From Spirochaetota bacterium (lineage in GTDB: Bacteria; Spirochaetota; UBA4802; UBA5550), in assembly GCA_963663865.1 (NCBI GenBank), contig OY760686.1, positions 2,432,001-2,496,000 on the forward strand: a stretch of DNA of 64,000 nucleotides, read 5' to 3'. Each line of letters begins with the position of its first letter. Position 1 is the stretch's first letter. Position numbers and translations under genes: made by a program. The notes under the pieces were generated by a model. It was not told the DNA's origin and ran no database searches. It saw only the letters and a program-made list of their open reading frames with translations. Below, piece after piece: positions 39,782 to 50,100 of the stretch.

Positions 39782-41011
39782 CTATTGCGCGACCGCCTCC
39801 TTCTCCAATTCATCTCCCGCCGGAAAAGCAGAGTACTCAACTTCTGCCGAGCTCTTTCTGAAATCCTTGGGCGTCATATTTCTCATCTTCGCGAAAGCTC
39901 TGTTAAAGGTGCTCAGGTTCTCAAACCCTACCGAATAGGCTATCTCGAGAACGCTTCTGTCCGTTGCGGAAAGCCTCTCGGCGGCCTCGTCCACTCGCAG
40001 GCGGTTGACGCAGTCGTTTATCTTCTCTCCGAAGTAGAGCTTGAAGTACCGTCCAAAGTTGTCGGGGTTCATGCCAATCATGCGCGCCAGCCCCTCTCTT
40101 GATATCGTACGGTTGAAGTTGGCCTCTATGTAGCTCTTCGCCTTTTTCAGCTTTATCTCAACTGAAGGCGAGATCTGGGACTGGAGCCCGACGGCTGCCG
40201 CCTGCGCCGCCCTGAGGGCAAACCGCTTTCTCAAACGCGCAACAGCCCAGAAGGCAGCGGCGGCAGAAAGCACATAAAGAACACTTGCAAACACGCGGGC
40301 CGCGGCCTGTCTGCCGGCATTGCTTCTGTCATTAAACACGACTGAAACCGTACCGCCGACATGGCCGCTGAAGCTGAAAGGCTCCTGAAAGCTCATCCTG
40401 ACACGCCCCCCAGGGCGCCCTTTGAAGCTAAAAAAAACGTCGCTGCCTCTATATACGGCAAGCTCTTCGATATCTTCATTTTCAATAAAGCGTCTCATGC
40501 GCTCTTCGGCGTCAGATGCGTCCGGGCTTCCGCCTTCCAGCGCCGAGGCCATGAGCCGCGTGACGCGTTCGGCCCTTCTCCACTGAGCGAAGTCGGAAAA
40601 TACTATAGACACAGTTCCTACGATGTGCCCGCCGGACTCAAGCTCTGCCCTCCGGAAAGCCTCCCTCATTCCCGAAATTCTCCTGGAATGACTAAAGACA
40701 ACATTCCCTTCGGCGTCTCTGACAACGGCCTCCTGCACATCAGTATCCTGAAGAACAGTCGCCATGTTCTTTTCCACAACACCCACTGCGCCAGCGGCAA
40801 GATGAGAGGCGTTATTCTCTGCCGCAAACTCTGTGAGACGATCCATCTTGCCCTGAGACGGAAGGCCGGAGCCGTCAGCGGACGTATCTACTATCAGCGC
40901 AAAGGCAAAAAATATAGCAGAAATTGCAAAAAGCGCTATAACCGCCGGACCAAAAACAGGCCTGATAATTCTTTTAAAATTTTGAATTGCCACATTTATC
41001 ACATTAATCAT
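39782..41011 (-). CDS. Transmembrane AraC-family regulator with duplicated periplasmic sensor module
   Basis: Two TM segments around two about 88-aa repeats ending GTVS.VF.D; C-terminal AraC HTH (LA...GM....F.R.FK...G; IAY.VGF.N.S.FNR.F.K...TP..FR). Confidence 0.88.
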   Translation of the reverse strand: MINVINVAIQNFKRIIRPVFGPAVIALFAISAIFFAFALIVDTSADGSGLPSQGKMDRLTEFAAENNASHLAAGAVGVVEKNMATVLQDTDVQEAVVRDAEGNVVFSHSRRISGMREAFRRAELESGGHIVGTVSIVFSDFAQWRRAERVTRLMASALEGGSPDASDAEERMRRFIENEDIEELAVYRGSDVFFSFKGRPGGRVRMSFQEPFSFSGHVGGTVSVVFNDRSNAGRQAAARVFASVLYVLSAAAAFWAVARLRKRFALRAAQAAAVGLQSQISPSVEIKLKKAKSYIEANFNRTISREGLARMIGMNPDNFGRYFKLYFGEKINDCVNRLRVDEAAERLSATDRSVLEIAYSVGFENLSTFNRAFAKMRNMTPKDFRKSSAEVEYSAFPAGDELEKEAVAQ

Positions 41012-41404
41012 AATAATACCGCTTCCGCCTCCTTGCAAGCATTTAATTGGCAAACAATGGAGTTTAGTTATATTTGATATTTATATATGCATATAAACTT
41101 TTGATAATGTAATATCCTCCTTTGGTCCCTCAACCTTTTAAGGCAGCATTCATGCCAATCTGTATGAGCATTTTTCTTGAAAAAAATGACAATAAAAAAC
41201 AAAGTGGGTCAAAAAAATTTCCATTGCTCTGTATTAAGCAGCCTCAAACACAATTGCTCTTTTATGAAACCTTGCGGACTTATGTCTTTATAAAGGCATT
41301 TTCTCATAGACAGCAGCTGTGTTCATTTGGAGATTATCATTATCAGTTTTAACTTTTCATCTCGAAGATCAGTTAATCTTAACTCTATAAAGACAAGCGG
41401 TCAC

Positions 41405-43246
41405 ATGATAAAGGCAATCAATCTATCAAAATCCTTCGGCGAACAGGAATTATTTAACTCTGTAAACTTCGCAATCGGCACCGGAGAGCGCGCTGGCCTT
41501 ATCGGCAGAAACGGCCACGGCAAAACAACCCTCCTGCGCATAATCACCGGAGAAGACCATCCGGACTCAGGAGAAATATCCAGGCCGCGCGGCTACACCC
41601 TCGGCTTCGTTAGACAGCATATCGGCTTCTCCGGTTCCACAATTATTGAAGAGGCCTGCAGCGGCCTGCCCGTCCACATGAAGGACGAAAAATGGAGGGC
41701 AGAGAAAATTCTTGCCGGACTCGGCTTTTCGCAGAGTGATTTTCTCAGACATCCGTCAGAATTCTCGGGAGGATTTCAGGTAAGGCTCAACCTCGCGTCA
41801 GTCCTTGTTTCAGAACCGGACATGCTTCTTCTTGACGAACCCACCAACTACCTGGATGTAGTGTCAATCAGATGGCTTTCCTCTTTTTTAAAACAGTGGA
41901 AAGGCGAACTTCTCCTTATAACTCACGACAGGCATTTCATGGACAGCGTAATCACGCATGTCCTAGGAATCCACAGACAGAAGATACGAAAGATGGCGGG
42001 CTCTACCGAAAAATACTACGAACAAATTGTAAAAGAAGAGGAGATTTACGAAAAAACCCGTCTCAACGACGAAAAAAAACGCAAGGAGACTGAGCTCTTC
42101 ATAACCCGATTCAGGGCGAAAGCGCGTCTTGCAGGCATGGTTCAGTCCCGAATCAAGGCGCTTGACCGCATGGAGAAAATGGACAGGCTCGACAAAATAA
42201 AGTCGCTGGACTTCTCCTTTAGCTACCTGCCCTCACAGAGCAAAACCGCGCTGCACGTAAAAGACCTGACCTTCGGTTACGCCGATATCCCACTCATAAA
42301 AGATCTTACTTTCTCCGTAAGCAGGACCGACCGGATATGCGTCATCGGAAAAAACGGCAAGGGAAAATCCACGCTGCTGAAGCTTTTAGCAGGCGTGCTG
42401 AGCCCACGGAGCGGAGAGTTGCTCTTTCATCCCGACACCTCCATTGGTTACTACGCTCAGACCAATGTTTCCACGCTCAACGAAAAGCTCACAATTGAAG
42501 AGGAGATATGCACAGCCGGATGTGAAAAGCAGCAGGCCAGAAACATCGCGGGAGCCATGATGTTCGAAGGAGACGCGGCGCTGAAGCCGGTCAGCGTGCT
42601 TTCCGGAGGCGAGAAGAGCCGGGTCATGCTGGGAAAAATACTTGTTTCACCTTCAAACCTTCTGCTTCTCGACGAGCCGACCAACCACCTTGACATGGAT
42701 TCATGCGACGCGTTTCTCGCCGCTGTCGACGATTTTGACGGGGCCTGCATAGTTGTTACACACAACGAGATGTTCCTGCACTCCCTCGCGAACCGCTTCA
42801 TCGTTTTCGGTGAAACCGGCATAACCGTGTTTGAGGGAACATATTCGCAGTTTCTTGAAAAAATCGGGTGGGAGGATGAGGCCGTCCGTGACGGCGGCAG
42901 ACAGAAAAACAGCGGGCAGCCCGGACGAAAGGAGACCCGAAAACTGAAAGCGGACCTGTTAAAAAGGAAAACCTCTGAACTAAAACCGCTTGAAGAGAGC
43001 ATCGCCAGAATCGAATCCGATATCATCTTCAACGAGGAGCGTACCGAAAAGATTACGGAAGAAATACTTGTACTCTCACAGCAGGGCAACGGAAACGGCG
43101 AGGCAATCGCGTCCCTTTCCAGGGAGCTGCACAGCCTGAAACATGAAAATGCATCCCTCTACGAAGAGCTTGACGCAGTCACCAGAGAGCAAGGGAGACT
43201 TTCAGCGCTCTTTGACAGTGAACTGGAAGCCCTCGATCAGCCCTGA
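41405..43246 (+). CDS. ABC-F family ATP-binding protein
   Basis: Two ABC domains (GRNGHGKT, SGG, LLDEPTN twice), no TM segments, C-terminal coiled coil. Confidence 0.93.
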   Translation: MIKAINLSKSFGEQELFNSVNFAIGTGERAGLIGRNGHGKTTLLRIITGEDHPDSGEISRPRGYTLGFVRQHIGFSGSTIIEEACSGLPVHMKDEKWRAEKILAGLGFSQSDFLRHPSEFSGGFQVRLNLASVLVSEPDMLLLDEPTNYLDVVSIRWLSSFLKQWKGELLLITHDRHFMDSVITHVLGIHRQKIRKMAGSTEKYYEQIVKEEEIYEKTRLNDEKKRKETELFITRFRAKARLAGMVQSRIKALDRMEKMDRLDKIKSLDFSFSYLPSQSKTALHVKDLTFGYADIPLIKDLTFSVSRTDRICVIGKNGKGKSTLLKLLAGVLSPRSGELLFHPDTSIGYYAQTNVSTLNEKLTIEEEICTAGCEKQQARNIAGAMMFEGDAALKPVSVLSGGEKSRVMLGKILVSPSNLLLLDEPTNHLDMDSCDAFLAAVDDFDGACIVVTHNEMFLHSLANRFIVFGETGITVFEGTYSQFLEKIGWEDEAVRDGGRQKNSGQPGRKETRKLKADLLKRKTSELKPLEESIARIESDIIFNEERTEKITEEILVLSQQGNGNGEAIASLSRELHSLKHENASLYEELDAVTREQGRLSALFDSELEALDQP

Positions 43247-43491
43247 GGCCTGCCGCCTTTCACGGCGGCAGTAATAATTCTCTCCATCTTACCGGGGGCT
43301 TCAGCAAACACACCCGCAAGCTCCTCGCAAGTAAAGCACTCGGAAAGATAGGCGTCAATATCCAGCCTTTCGAACCAGCAGTCCCTTATGCGGCGGCACA
43401 TGCTCCCGGTAGCGCCGGTCCGGCAGTACCGGAACGGCACATCGTTACCGAGCATGCGGCAGTATACTTCCATCTTGTCGTATCTCAGCAT
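43237..43491 (-). CDS. Small Cys-rich hypothetical protein
   Basis: YCRMLG..V.F.YC......C..I.DCW pattern; starts 29 nt after the trpB2 stop. Confidence 0.65.
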   Translation of the reverse strand: MLRYDKMEVYCRMLGNDVPFRYCRTGATGSMCRRIRDCWFERLDIDAYLSECFTCEELAGVFAEAPGKMERIITAAVKGGRPQG

Positions 43492-43519
43492 ATTGCCACC
43501 TGAGAGCCAGCTCCGCTAA

Positions 43520-44905
43520 CTACCACTTTCCTGTCTTTCTCAACGGAGCCTCCGGATGAGCGGCAAGCTTTTCAGCCAGCTGATGTATCTTTTCCTCGGA
43601 AGGCTCATGATCGATCAGGCTTCCGCTCAGGTACTTCTCATAGCCGGCAAGGTCCATTAGTCCATGACCCGAAAGATTGAATACAATTACCCTTTCTTTT
43701 CCTTCTTCTTTCGCTTCATTTGCCTTTCTTATAGTTGCCGCAATTGCGTGGCTTGTTTCGGGAGCGACAATAATACCCTCGGTTCGCGCGAAAGTGAGCG
43801 CAGCCTTATAGCACTCGTTTTGATGTATAGCCATAGGAGTCATGAGCCCCTCGACAACGGCCTGTGATACGAGCGGAGACATCCCGTGATATCTTAGCCC
43901 GCCGGCATGTATCGCTTCCGGAACATAGTCATGGCCAAGCGAATGCATCGCCATAAGTGGAGTCATTTTTGCTATATCTCCGTGATCGTATACGAATGGC
44001 GCCCTCGTCATGGTCGGGCACGATGCCGGCTCAACGGGTATTATCTCAATATCCTGACCGTTTATTTTATCGTACGCGAACGGGAACGCGATTCCGGCGA
44101 AATTACTTCCCCCGCCCGCGCAGCCGATTATCGTATCGACCTTTTTCTCTCCGATCTTGGCGAGCTGCTTTTTAACCTCAAGCCCAATTATCGTCTGATG
44201 AAGCATTACGTGATTCAAAACGCTTCCGAGGGCATATCTTGTCCCGCCGGTTGTGTCAGAGACAGCCGCTTCTACGGCCTCGCTTATCGCTATTCCAAGG
44301 CTTCCCGGAGTATCAGGGTGGCTTTCCAGAACGGCCCTGCCTGCAGCGGTATCCATGCTGGGGCTTGCGACGCACTTTCCTCCCCAGGTCTCCATCATCA
44401 TCTTCCGGAAAGGTTTCTGGTCAAAGCTGATCCGCACCATGAACACCTTGCACTCCATTCCGAGAAGGGAACATGCGAACGAAAGAGCGCTTCCCCACTG
44501 CCCGGCCCCGGTTTCAGTGGTTAGCTTTTTGATTCCGAACTCCCTGTTGTACCATGCCTGCGCTACGGCCGTGTTCGGCTTGTGGCTTCCCGCGGGAGAA
44601 ACACTCTCATTCTTGAAGTATATTTTCGCCGGTGTGCCGAGGTACTTTTCAAGATGAACAGCCCTCTGCAGAGGCGTAGGCCTCCATCGGTAGAGAAGCT
44701 CAAGTATCCCTTCCGGAATATCAATCCATCTCTCCTGGCTCACTTCCTGTTCAATAAGGTTCATCGGGAAAACCGGTGCAAGCTGATCCGGCGTGACAGG
44801 ATTGCCGTCCGGCCCGAGATAGGGCAGTATCTTCGTGGGAAGATCAGCAGCGATATTATACCACTGCCTCGGCATTTCATCTTCTTCAAGAAAAATCTTA
44901 TTCAT
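43520..44905 (-). CDS. trpB2: Tryptophan synthase beta chain 2 (TrpB2)
   Basis: WYNI.AD, GSHKPNTA (PLP Lys), TETGAGQWG, LGSVLN, GGGSNF, AGGLRYHG and FNLSGHG motifs. Confidence 0.95.
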   Translation of the reverse strand: MNKIFLEEDEMPRQWYNIAADLPTKILPYLGPDGNPVTPDQLAPVFPMNLIEQEVSQERWIDIPEGILELLYRWRPTPLQRAVHLEKYLGTPAKIYFKNESVSPAGSHKPNTAVAQAWYNREFGIKKLTTETGAGQWGSALSFACSLLGMECKVFMVRISFDQKPFRKMMMETWGGKCVASPSMDTAAGRAVLESHPDTPGSLGIAISEAVEAAVSDTTGGTRYALGSVLNHVMLHQTIIGLEVKKQLAKIGEKKVDTIIGCAGGGSNFAGIAFPFAYDKINGQDIEIIPVEPASCPTMTRAPFVYDHGDIAKMTPLMAMHSLGHDYVPEAIHAGGLRYHGMSPLVSQAVVEGLMTPMAIHQNECYKAALTFARTEGIIVAPETSHAIAATIRKANEAKEEGKERVIVFNLSGHGLMDLAGYEKYLSGSLIDHEPSEEKIHQLAEKLAAHPEAPLRKTGKW

Positions 44906-44989
44906 GTCTCTCTCCTTATTTTCACGCGCTGCAGCCGCGCGGATTTAGCAGATTTTGCTGCTGAAATCAGGCTGATTTTCTGATTCAGC

Positions 44990-45280
44990 TCACGGTTTGC
45001 GCTTATTGCGGTACCTTTTCAGCATATACCACAGGGCAGATTTCTCATCCTTCAGCTCGCGCGATCCCCTTGTGATTTTGCACAGGCTAACGCCGAGCAG
45101 CGAGGCAATCTTTCTCTGCGGAGTCCCATCCTCCAGAAGCTTCAAAATCTCCCATCTTGAGGATATGCCTCTGATCTCCGCAGGCGTAAGGACCTTCAAC
45201 AGAAAATCCTCTATTTTTTGCGGGTCTCTCACAGACGCCAGCACTTCAGCCATCTCATTGAGCCTGTACAGATCGCGCAT
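44990..45280 (-). CDS. trpR: TrpR/YerC-family repressor
   Basis: LTP.E...I..RW, QR.IA..LGVS...ITRGS..LK motifs; directly upstream of trpB2. Confidence 0.85.
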   Translation of the reverse strand: MRDLYRLNEMAEVLASVRDPQKIEDFLLKVLTPAEIRGISSRWEILKLLEDGTPQRKIASLLGVSLCKITRGSRELKDEKSALWYMLKRYRNKRKP

Positions 45281-45303
45281 CACACCTCGCTCCACTCGTT
45301 AAC

Positions 45304-45321
45304 GTTTCTATATATAGAAAC
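45304..45321. promoter_or_regulatory. Perfect 18-bp palindrome in the trpR promoter region (candidate operator)
   Basis: GTTTCTATATATAGAAAC, lying between a minus-strand TTGACA (45344-45339) and the trpR RBS. Confidence 0.45.
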
Positions 45322-45485
45322 ACAACAGGCGGAAAAAATGTCAAGAACTTTTGCAATCTCCCGTCAGCTGCGCCCCTCATTCTTAATACTTGACATATTC
45401 CCGCAGTGCAGGATAAACTGTCTACCAAACAGGGCACCAAACGCTTGCGTTTACGAAATACTTGAGATATAACAGGGAGATTCCT

Positions 45486-46985
45486 ATGAAGAGAATTCTT
45501 TTTGCACTTACGCCGCTGCTGCTGATTATGGCGTCAATGGCTCCGCTCATTGCCTCAGCAGAAACAGCGCCTGCCGGGACACCGCACGCGCTTGAAGCTT
45601 CAGCCGATTCACATCATGAATCCGGAACAGACGCCCACCACGGAGCTCCGCACATTGACGGCACGAAAATGAATGTTCTCTGGGCCATTCCTTTCATTGG
45701 AATCCTTCTGTCAATAGCCCTTTTCCCGCTTCTGAAACCAGGCTTCTGGCATCATCACTATGGCAAGGTTTCGCTGTTCTGGGGAGTTCTCTTTTTTATT
45801 CTGTTTACGGTCTTTTACGGGCCGGGAGTCAGCTTCTTTTATCTTTTAGAAACCTATCTGCTTGAGTTTCTGCCCTTTATCATGCTTCTCCTGGCGCTCT
45901 TTACTGTAGCCGGAGGAATACGCCTCAAGGGCGAGATGACTGGTACACCCGCTCTGAACACGCTCCTCATTCTTATAGGAACTGTGCTCGCCAGCTGGAT
46001 GGGAACCACCGGCGCCGCGATGCTGATGATCAGACCGATACTGAGGGCAAATTCCTGGAGAAAGCACCGTGTGCACGTTGTAGTTTTCTTTATTTTCCTT
46101 GTAGCAAATATTGGAGGATCGCTCACCCCGCTGGGAGACCCGCCTCTCTTTCTGGGCTTTCTTAAAGGCGTAAGCTTCTTCTGGACGACAACGCATATGC
46201 TGCCCCCGATGCTGGCCGCTTCTGCCATTCTGCTGGCGGTGTTTTTTATAATGGATACATTCTATTACAGGAAAGAGACAAACAAGCCGGCACCCTCGCC
46301 TGAGTCAGGAAAGCTTTCAATTAAGGGCAAGGCCAACATTCTGCTCATCCCAATGATTACGGGATCTGTGCTCGCTTCGAGCCTCGACCTCGGCACCGCA
46401 TTCACCCTGCACCACGTAGCCATGCCGGCGGCATCGCTGCTGCAGATAGTACTTCTGCTCAGCATAACGCTGCTGTCCCTGCTGATCACAAGTAAAGAGG
46501 TAAGAAAGGGCAACGAATTCAACTGGGAACCGATTCTCGAGGTTGCCAAACTCTTCGCAACCATCTTCATCACAATGGTTCCGCCGATCACAATGCTCAG
46601 AGCCGGCGCAAACGGGCCTCTCGGCGCAGTAATAAGGGGAGTTGTCGACAACAGCGGCGAGTTTATCAATTCACATTTCTTCTGGGCAACCGGGCTTCTT
46701 TCGAGCTTCCTTGACAATGCCCCGACTTATGTCGTCTTTTTCAACACAGCCGGCGGCGACGCGGCAAGCCTTATGAGCACTCACGCGGGAACGCTTCTCG
46801 CGATCAGCGCCGGCGCCGTTTTCATGGGCGCTAACACATACATAGGCAATGCCCCGAATTTCATGGTGAAATCAATAGCTGAACAGTCGGGAATAGCTAT
46901 GCCGAGCTTTTTTGGATACCTTATCAAGTATTCATTGACCATACTTATTCCGACCTTTCTTGTCATCACACTGCTGTTCTTTTGA
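45486..46985 (+). CDS. Ion transporter (IT) superfamily putative Na+/H+ antiporter with His-rich N-terminus
   Basis: GTTGAAML.IRP, NIGG.LTPLGDPPLFLGFL.GV, SSFLDNAPTY and TYIGNAPNFMVK motifs. Confidence 0.85.
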   Translation: MKRILFALTPLLLIMASMAPLIASAETAPAGTPHALEASADSHHESGTDAHHGAPHIDGTKMNVLWAIPFIGILLSIALFPLLKPGFWHHHYGKVSLFWGVLFFILFTVFYGPGVSFFYLLETYLLEFLPFIMLLLALFTVAGGIRLKGEMTGTPALNTLLILIGTVLASWMGTTGAAMLMIRPILRANSWRKHRVHVVVFFIFLVANIGGSLTPLGDPPLFLGFLKGVSFFWTTTHMLPPMLAASAILLAVFFIMDTFYYRKETNKPAPSPESGKLSIKGKANILLIPMITGSVLASSLDLGTAFTLHHVAMPAASLLQIVLLLSITLLSLLITSKEVRKGNEFNWEPILEVAKLFATIFITMVPPITMLRAGANGPLGAVIRGVVDNSGEFINSHFFWATGLLSSFLDNAPTYVVFFNTAGGDAASLMSTHAGTLLAISAGAVFMGANTYIGNAPNFMVKSIAEQSGIAMPSFFGYLIKYSLTILIPTFLVITLLFF

Positions 46986-46994
46986 CATGATTCC

Positions 46995-47021
46995 GTATGG
47001 GCCTCTTCAAGAGGCCCATAC
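46995..47021 (+). terminator. Stem-loop after antiporter gene
   Basis: gtatgggcctctt-c-aagaggcccatac perfect inverted repeat. Confidence 0.65.
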
Positions 47022-47112
47022 TTAAACAGCTGATATTTCGCTTATTTTATGATAAGATACTGCCTGTTTCTTACCGAGAAAGTAAGGGATAACCTTTTTC
47101 CTGGATATAAAT

Positions 47113-50100
47113 ATGACTGCAAAAACAAAATCGCTGATTACGGGGCTTATTTTGTTTTCCGCCCTGCTGGGAGCGTACCTTTACTTCAGGCCCGAACTCG
47201 CGGAGAGACTCCGGGCCTTCGCAGTGCTGCCCGCTGCCGATGACAGATTACGCATGGGGCTGGAAATACTGCTCTTATTCCTTATAGCTGTGATTTTTGC
47301 ATCGGTCTCGTTTCTCTTTTACAGAAAGGGCACTGAACCGGCTGGAAGCGAAGACATCGCGGACGGCAGCATCAAAAAAATGACATCAATTAAAGCCGCA
47401 GAACCTGACACCCTTCCCCGCGGTAACGACGACAGCGATATTGAAAGTTTTATTATACAGGAGCTCAACGCTCTTTATTCAAAGTTCAAGCCTTCGGCCT
47501 CTGTTCTCTACCTCTCCGCCGGTGACAGCATTTACGTCAAAGCCGTAAGCGTTTCAAAATCAGATATTGACTCTCCAGTCAAGGAGGCTCTGACTTTCGA
47601 CAGCGAGATAATCAATGAGATGCTGGAGGCAAAGTATCTGCTAAGCGGCGCCGGACATACAATCCATGTTCCATTCTTTTCGCAAGGCGCAGCCCTTGGA
47701 ATAGTTACCCTTATCAATCCGGAGGGCATCGCCTCCGGCGGCCTCAAGAGCATTTCCGGGTTGTGTTCAGCGGCCGGCTTAAAAATAGCCGATTTTCTGG
47801 AATCCAATGGTCATGTTGTCGTGGGGGGGGATATAGACTCTCCATTCGCACTGAGACTCAAGCTGAAAAAGTCTGAATTTCTCAAAAAGACTACCGGCCG
47901 GCCTTTCTCAGTGATGCTGATCGAAACAGAATCTGCCGGGGCAGACACGATATCCGCTGAAAGTATTTACAGAGCTCTTCCTGAAATTCTTTATTCAATG
48001 GGCATCAGGGCCTCAGTCTCCCTCAATGAAAGGAGTGCTGTTATTCTTCTTCCATACTCAGCTTCTGAAGCAGAAAAGACGGCGCATCCCGTAATTGAAA
48101 AGCTATACAAAACCCATGAATTCCCGGAAGATGAAAGCATCAGTTTTATCTTCGGCATCTCATCGCCATACTCGCTCTCATCCTCTGAAGCCTACAGCAG
48201 CGCGTTGGAAGACCTTGCCAGCGGCAAAAACTGCTGCTCCCCTGCCCCAAAGGTTGAGGAAGCGAAGATGACCTCAAAGGAAAATATCAGCAATGACAAT
48301 ACTGTTGCAGAACCGGTGCTCAATCCAAAAACAAAAGTAAATGAAACGCCCGGGGATGAACCTGCCGAACAGACAGAGCCCGCAAAGGACATCGAGGGCC
48401 CTACTGTAAAACCAAAAAAGGAAAAGTCAAAGCCTGCTGGAGACAGCCATTTAAACAATCCGGAAGTCCTTTCCTCCAACGGCCGTCGGATAAGGGCAAC
48501 CATTGGAGCAAAGATGATTACCATCATCTCGCTGGTAATAATATCATCCCTTTCGCTAATGACTTTTCTCGCGACTCATTTTTTCATGCAGGACAACGAA
48601 ATAAGAATCAAGGAAAGCAACCACCAGATATCCGAGATTATCGCTGAAAAGGTTAAAACCGACTTCGACTCAATAATTGAAAAATCCCGATACATAGCGC
48701 GCGGAATTTTGGACGAAAAGCCCGTTTCTCTGGAAGATTCCGAACTCTCTGAAAGGCTTTTTCCCTCAGAAAAGAACATCATACTTGTCGCGACGGCTGT
48801 GAAAACCGGGAAAGGCATAAAAATACAAAACGGACTCCTTAACACGAACCTTGCCTCTTCCATGGGAATATCGGCAAAAGCTGTATCTGAATACTTCGAA
48901 TCCTCATCTGAAGTTTTTCTTCCGGTATTTAAAACACAAGACACAGTCACAAACATTTCACCCGCGTTCAAACAGGAAGTCATTGCAGTTTCCGTGCCGT
49001 ATCTCAGAAAGTCGGCTGCCGAAGCGGAATCAATACTGATTGTATTCGTAAACAACGCAAGATTTACTGAAGCGGTAAGCAAGCCCGGTATAACTCGTTC
49101 ATTTATCGCTTCAGTCTCCGGAGATATAATAGCTCATTACAACAGCAGCCTGACCCTTGCCGGAGTCAACTACTCCAACTTCCCGATGGTCAAAATCATG
49201 GCAGAAAGTCCAGTTGATAACAGCCAGACATCCTACTCCGACGAAAAAGGCGTGACCTACCTGGGCTCATTTAAAAAGATCGGTTTCGCGGGAATAGGCG
49301 TAATAACCACCGTTGTGAGAGACGACGTTTTCAGCGCCGCTTACAGAATCAGGAAGCAAAACATATTTCTAACCGTTATTGTTCTGAACCTTGCCATCCT
49401 TATCATTTACTTTTTCTCAAAGACCATAACTGGGCCGATTAAACGGCTTGTTTCAGCAACGCGAGAAATTGAAAAAGGCAACTATTCTGTCAGCATCTAC
49501 AGCAAGTCAAGGGATGAAGTCGGCATGTTGACCGATTCTTTTACACGGATGAGCAAGGGGCTCTCAGAACGAGAAAAGATAAAGGATGCCTTCGGCAAGT
49601 TTGTCAACCCCGAGATAGCTGAAAAGGTCCTCAGGGATGAGATCAAGCTTGGCGGAGAAAGAAAGGATGTAGCCGTGTTCTTTTCCGACATAAGGTCGTT
49701 TACCGCTATGTCAGAAAAACTTGAACCGGAAGAGGTTGTTGAGTTTCTTAATCAGTACATGACAAGAATGGTGGAGTGCATTAACACTACAAGCGGTGTT
49801 GTAGACAAGTTTATAGGCGACGCGATAATGGCAACCTGGGGAGCGCCTGTTTCTCACGGAAACGACACTGAAAATGCAGTTAACGCCTCCCTGATGATGA
49901 GAAAAACCCTGCTTGACTTCAACAGAGACCGCGGCGATGAAAAAAAACCTCTAATCAGAATAGGCTGCGGAATTAACACCGGACCGGTTCTTGCCGGACA
50001 GATCGGCTCTCATGACAAAATGGAGTACACCGTTATAGGCGACGCTGTCAACCTCGCCTCCAGAATCGAGTCATTGAACAAACCTTTCGGCACGGATATT

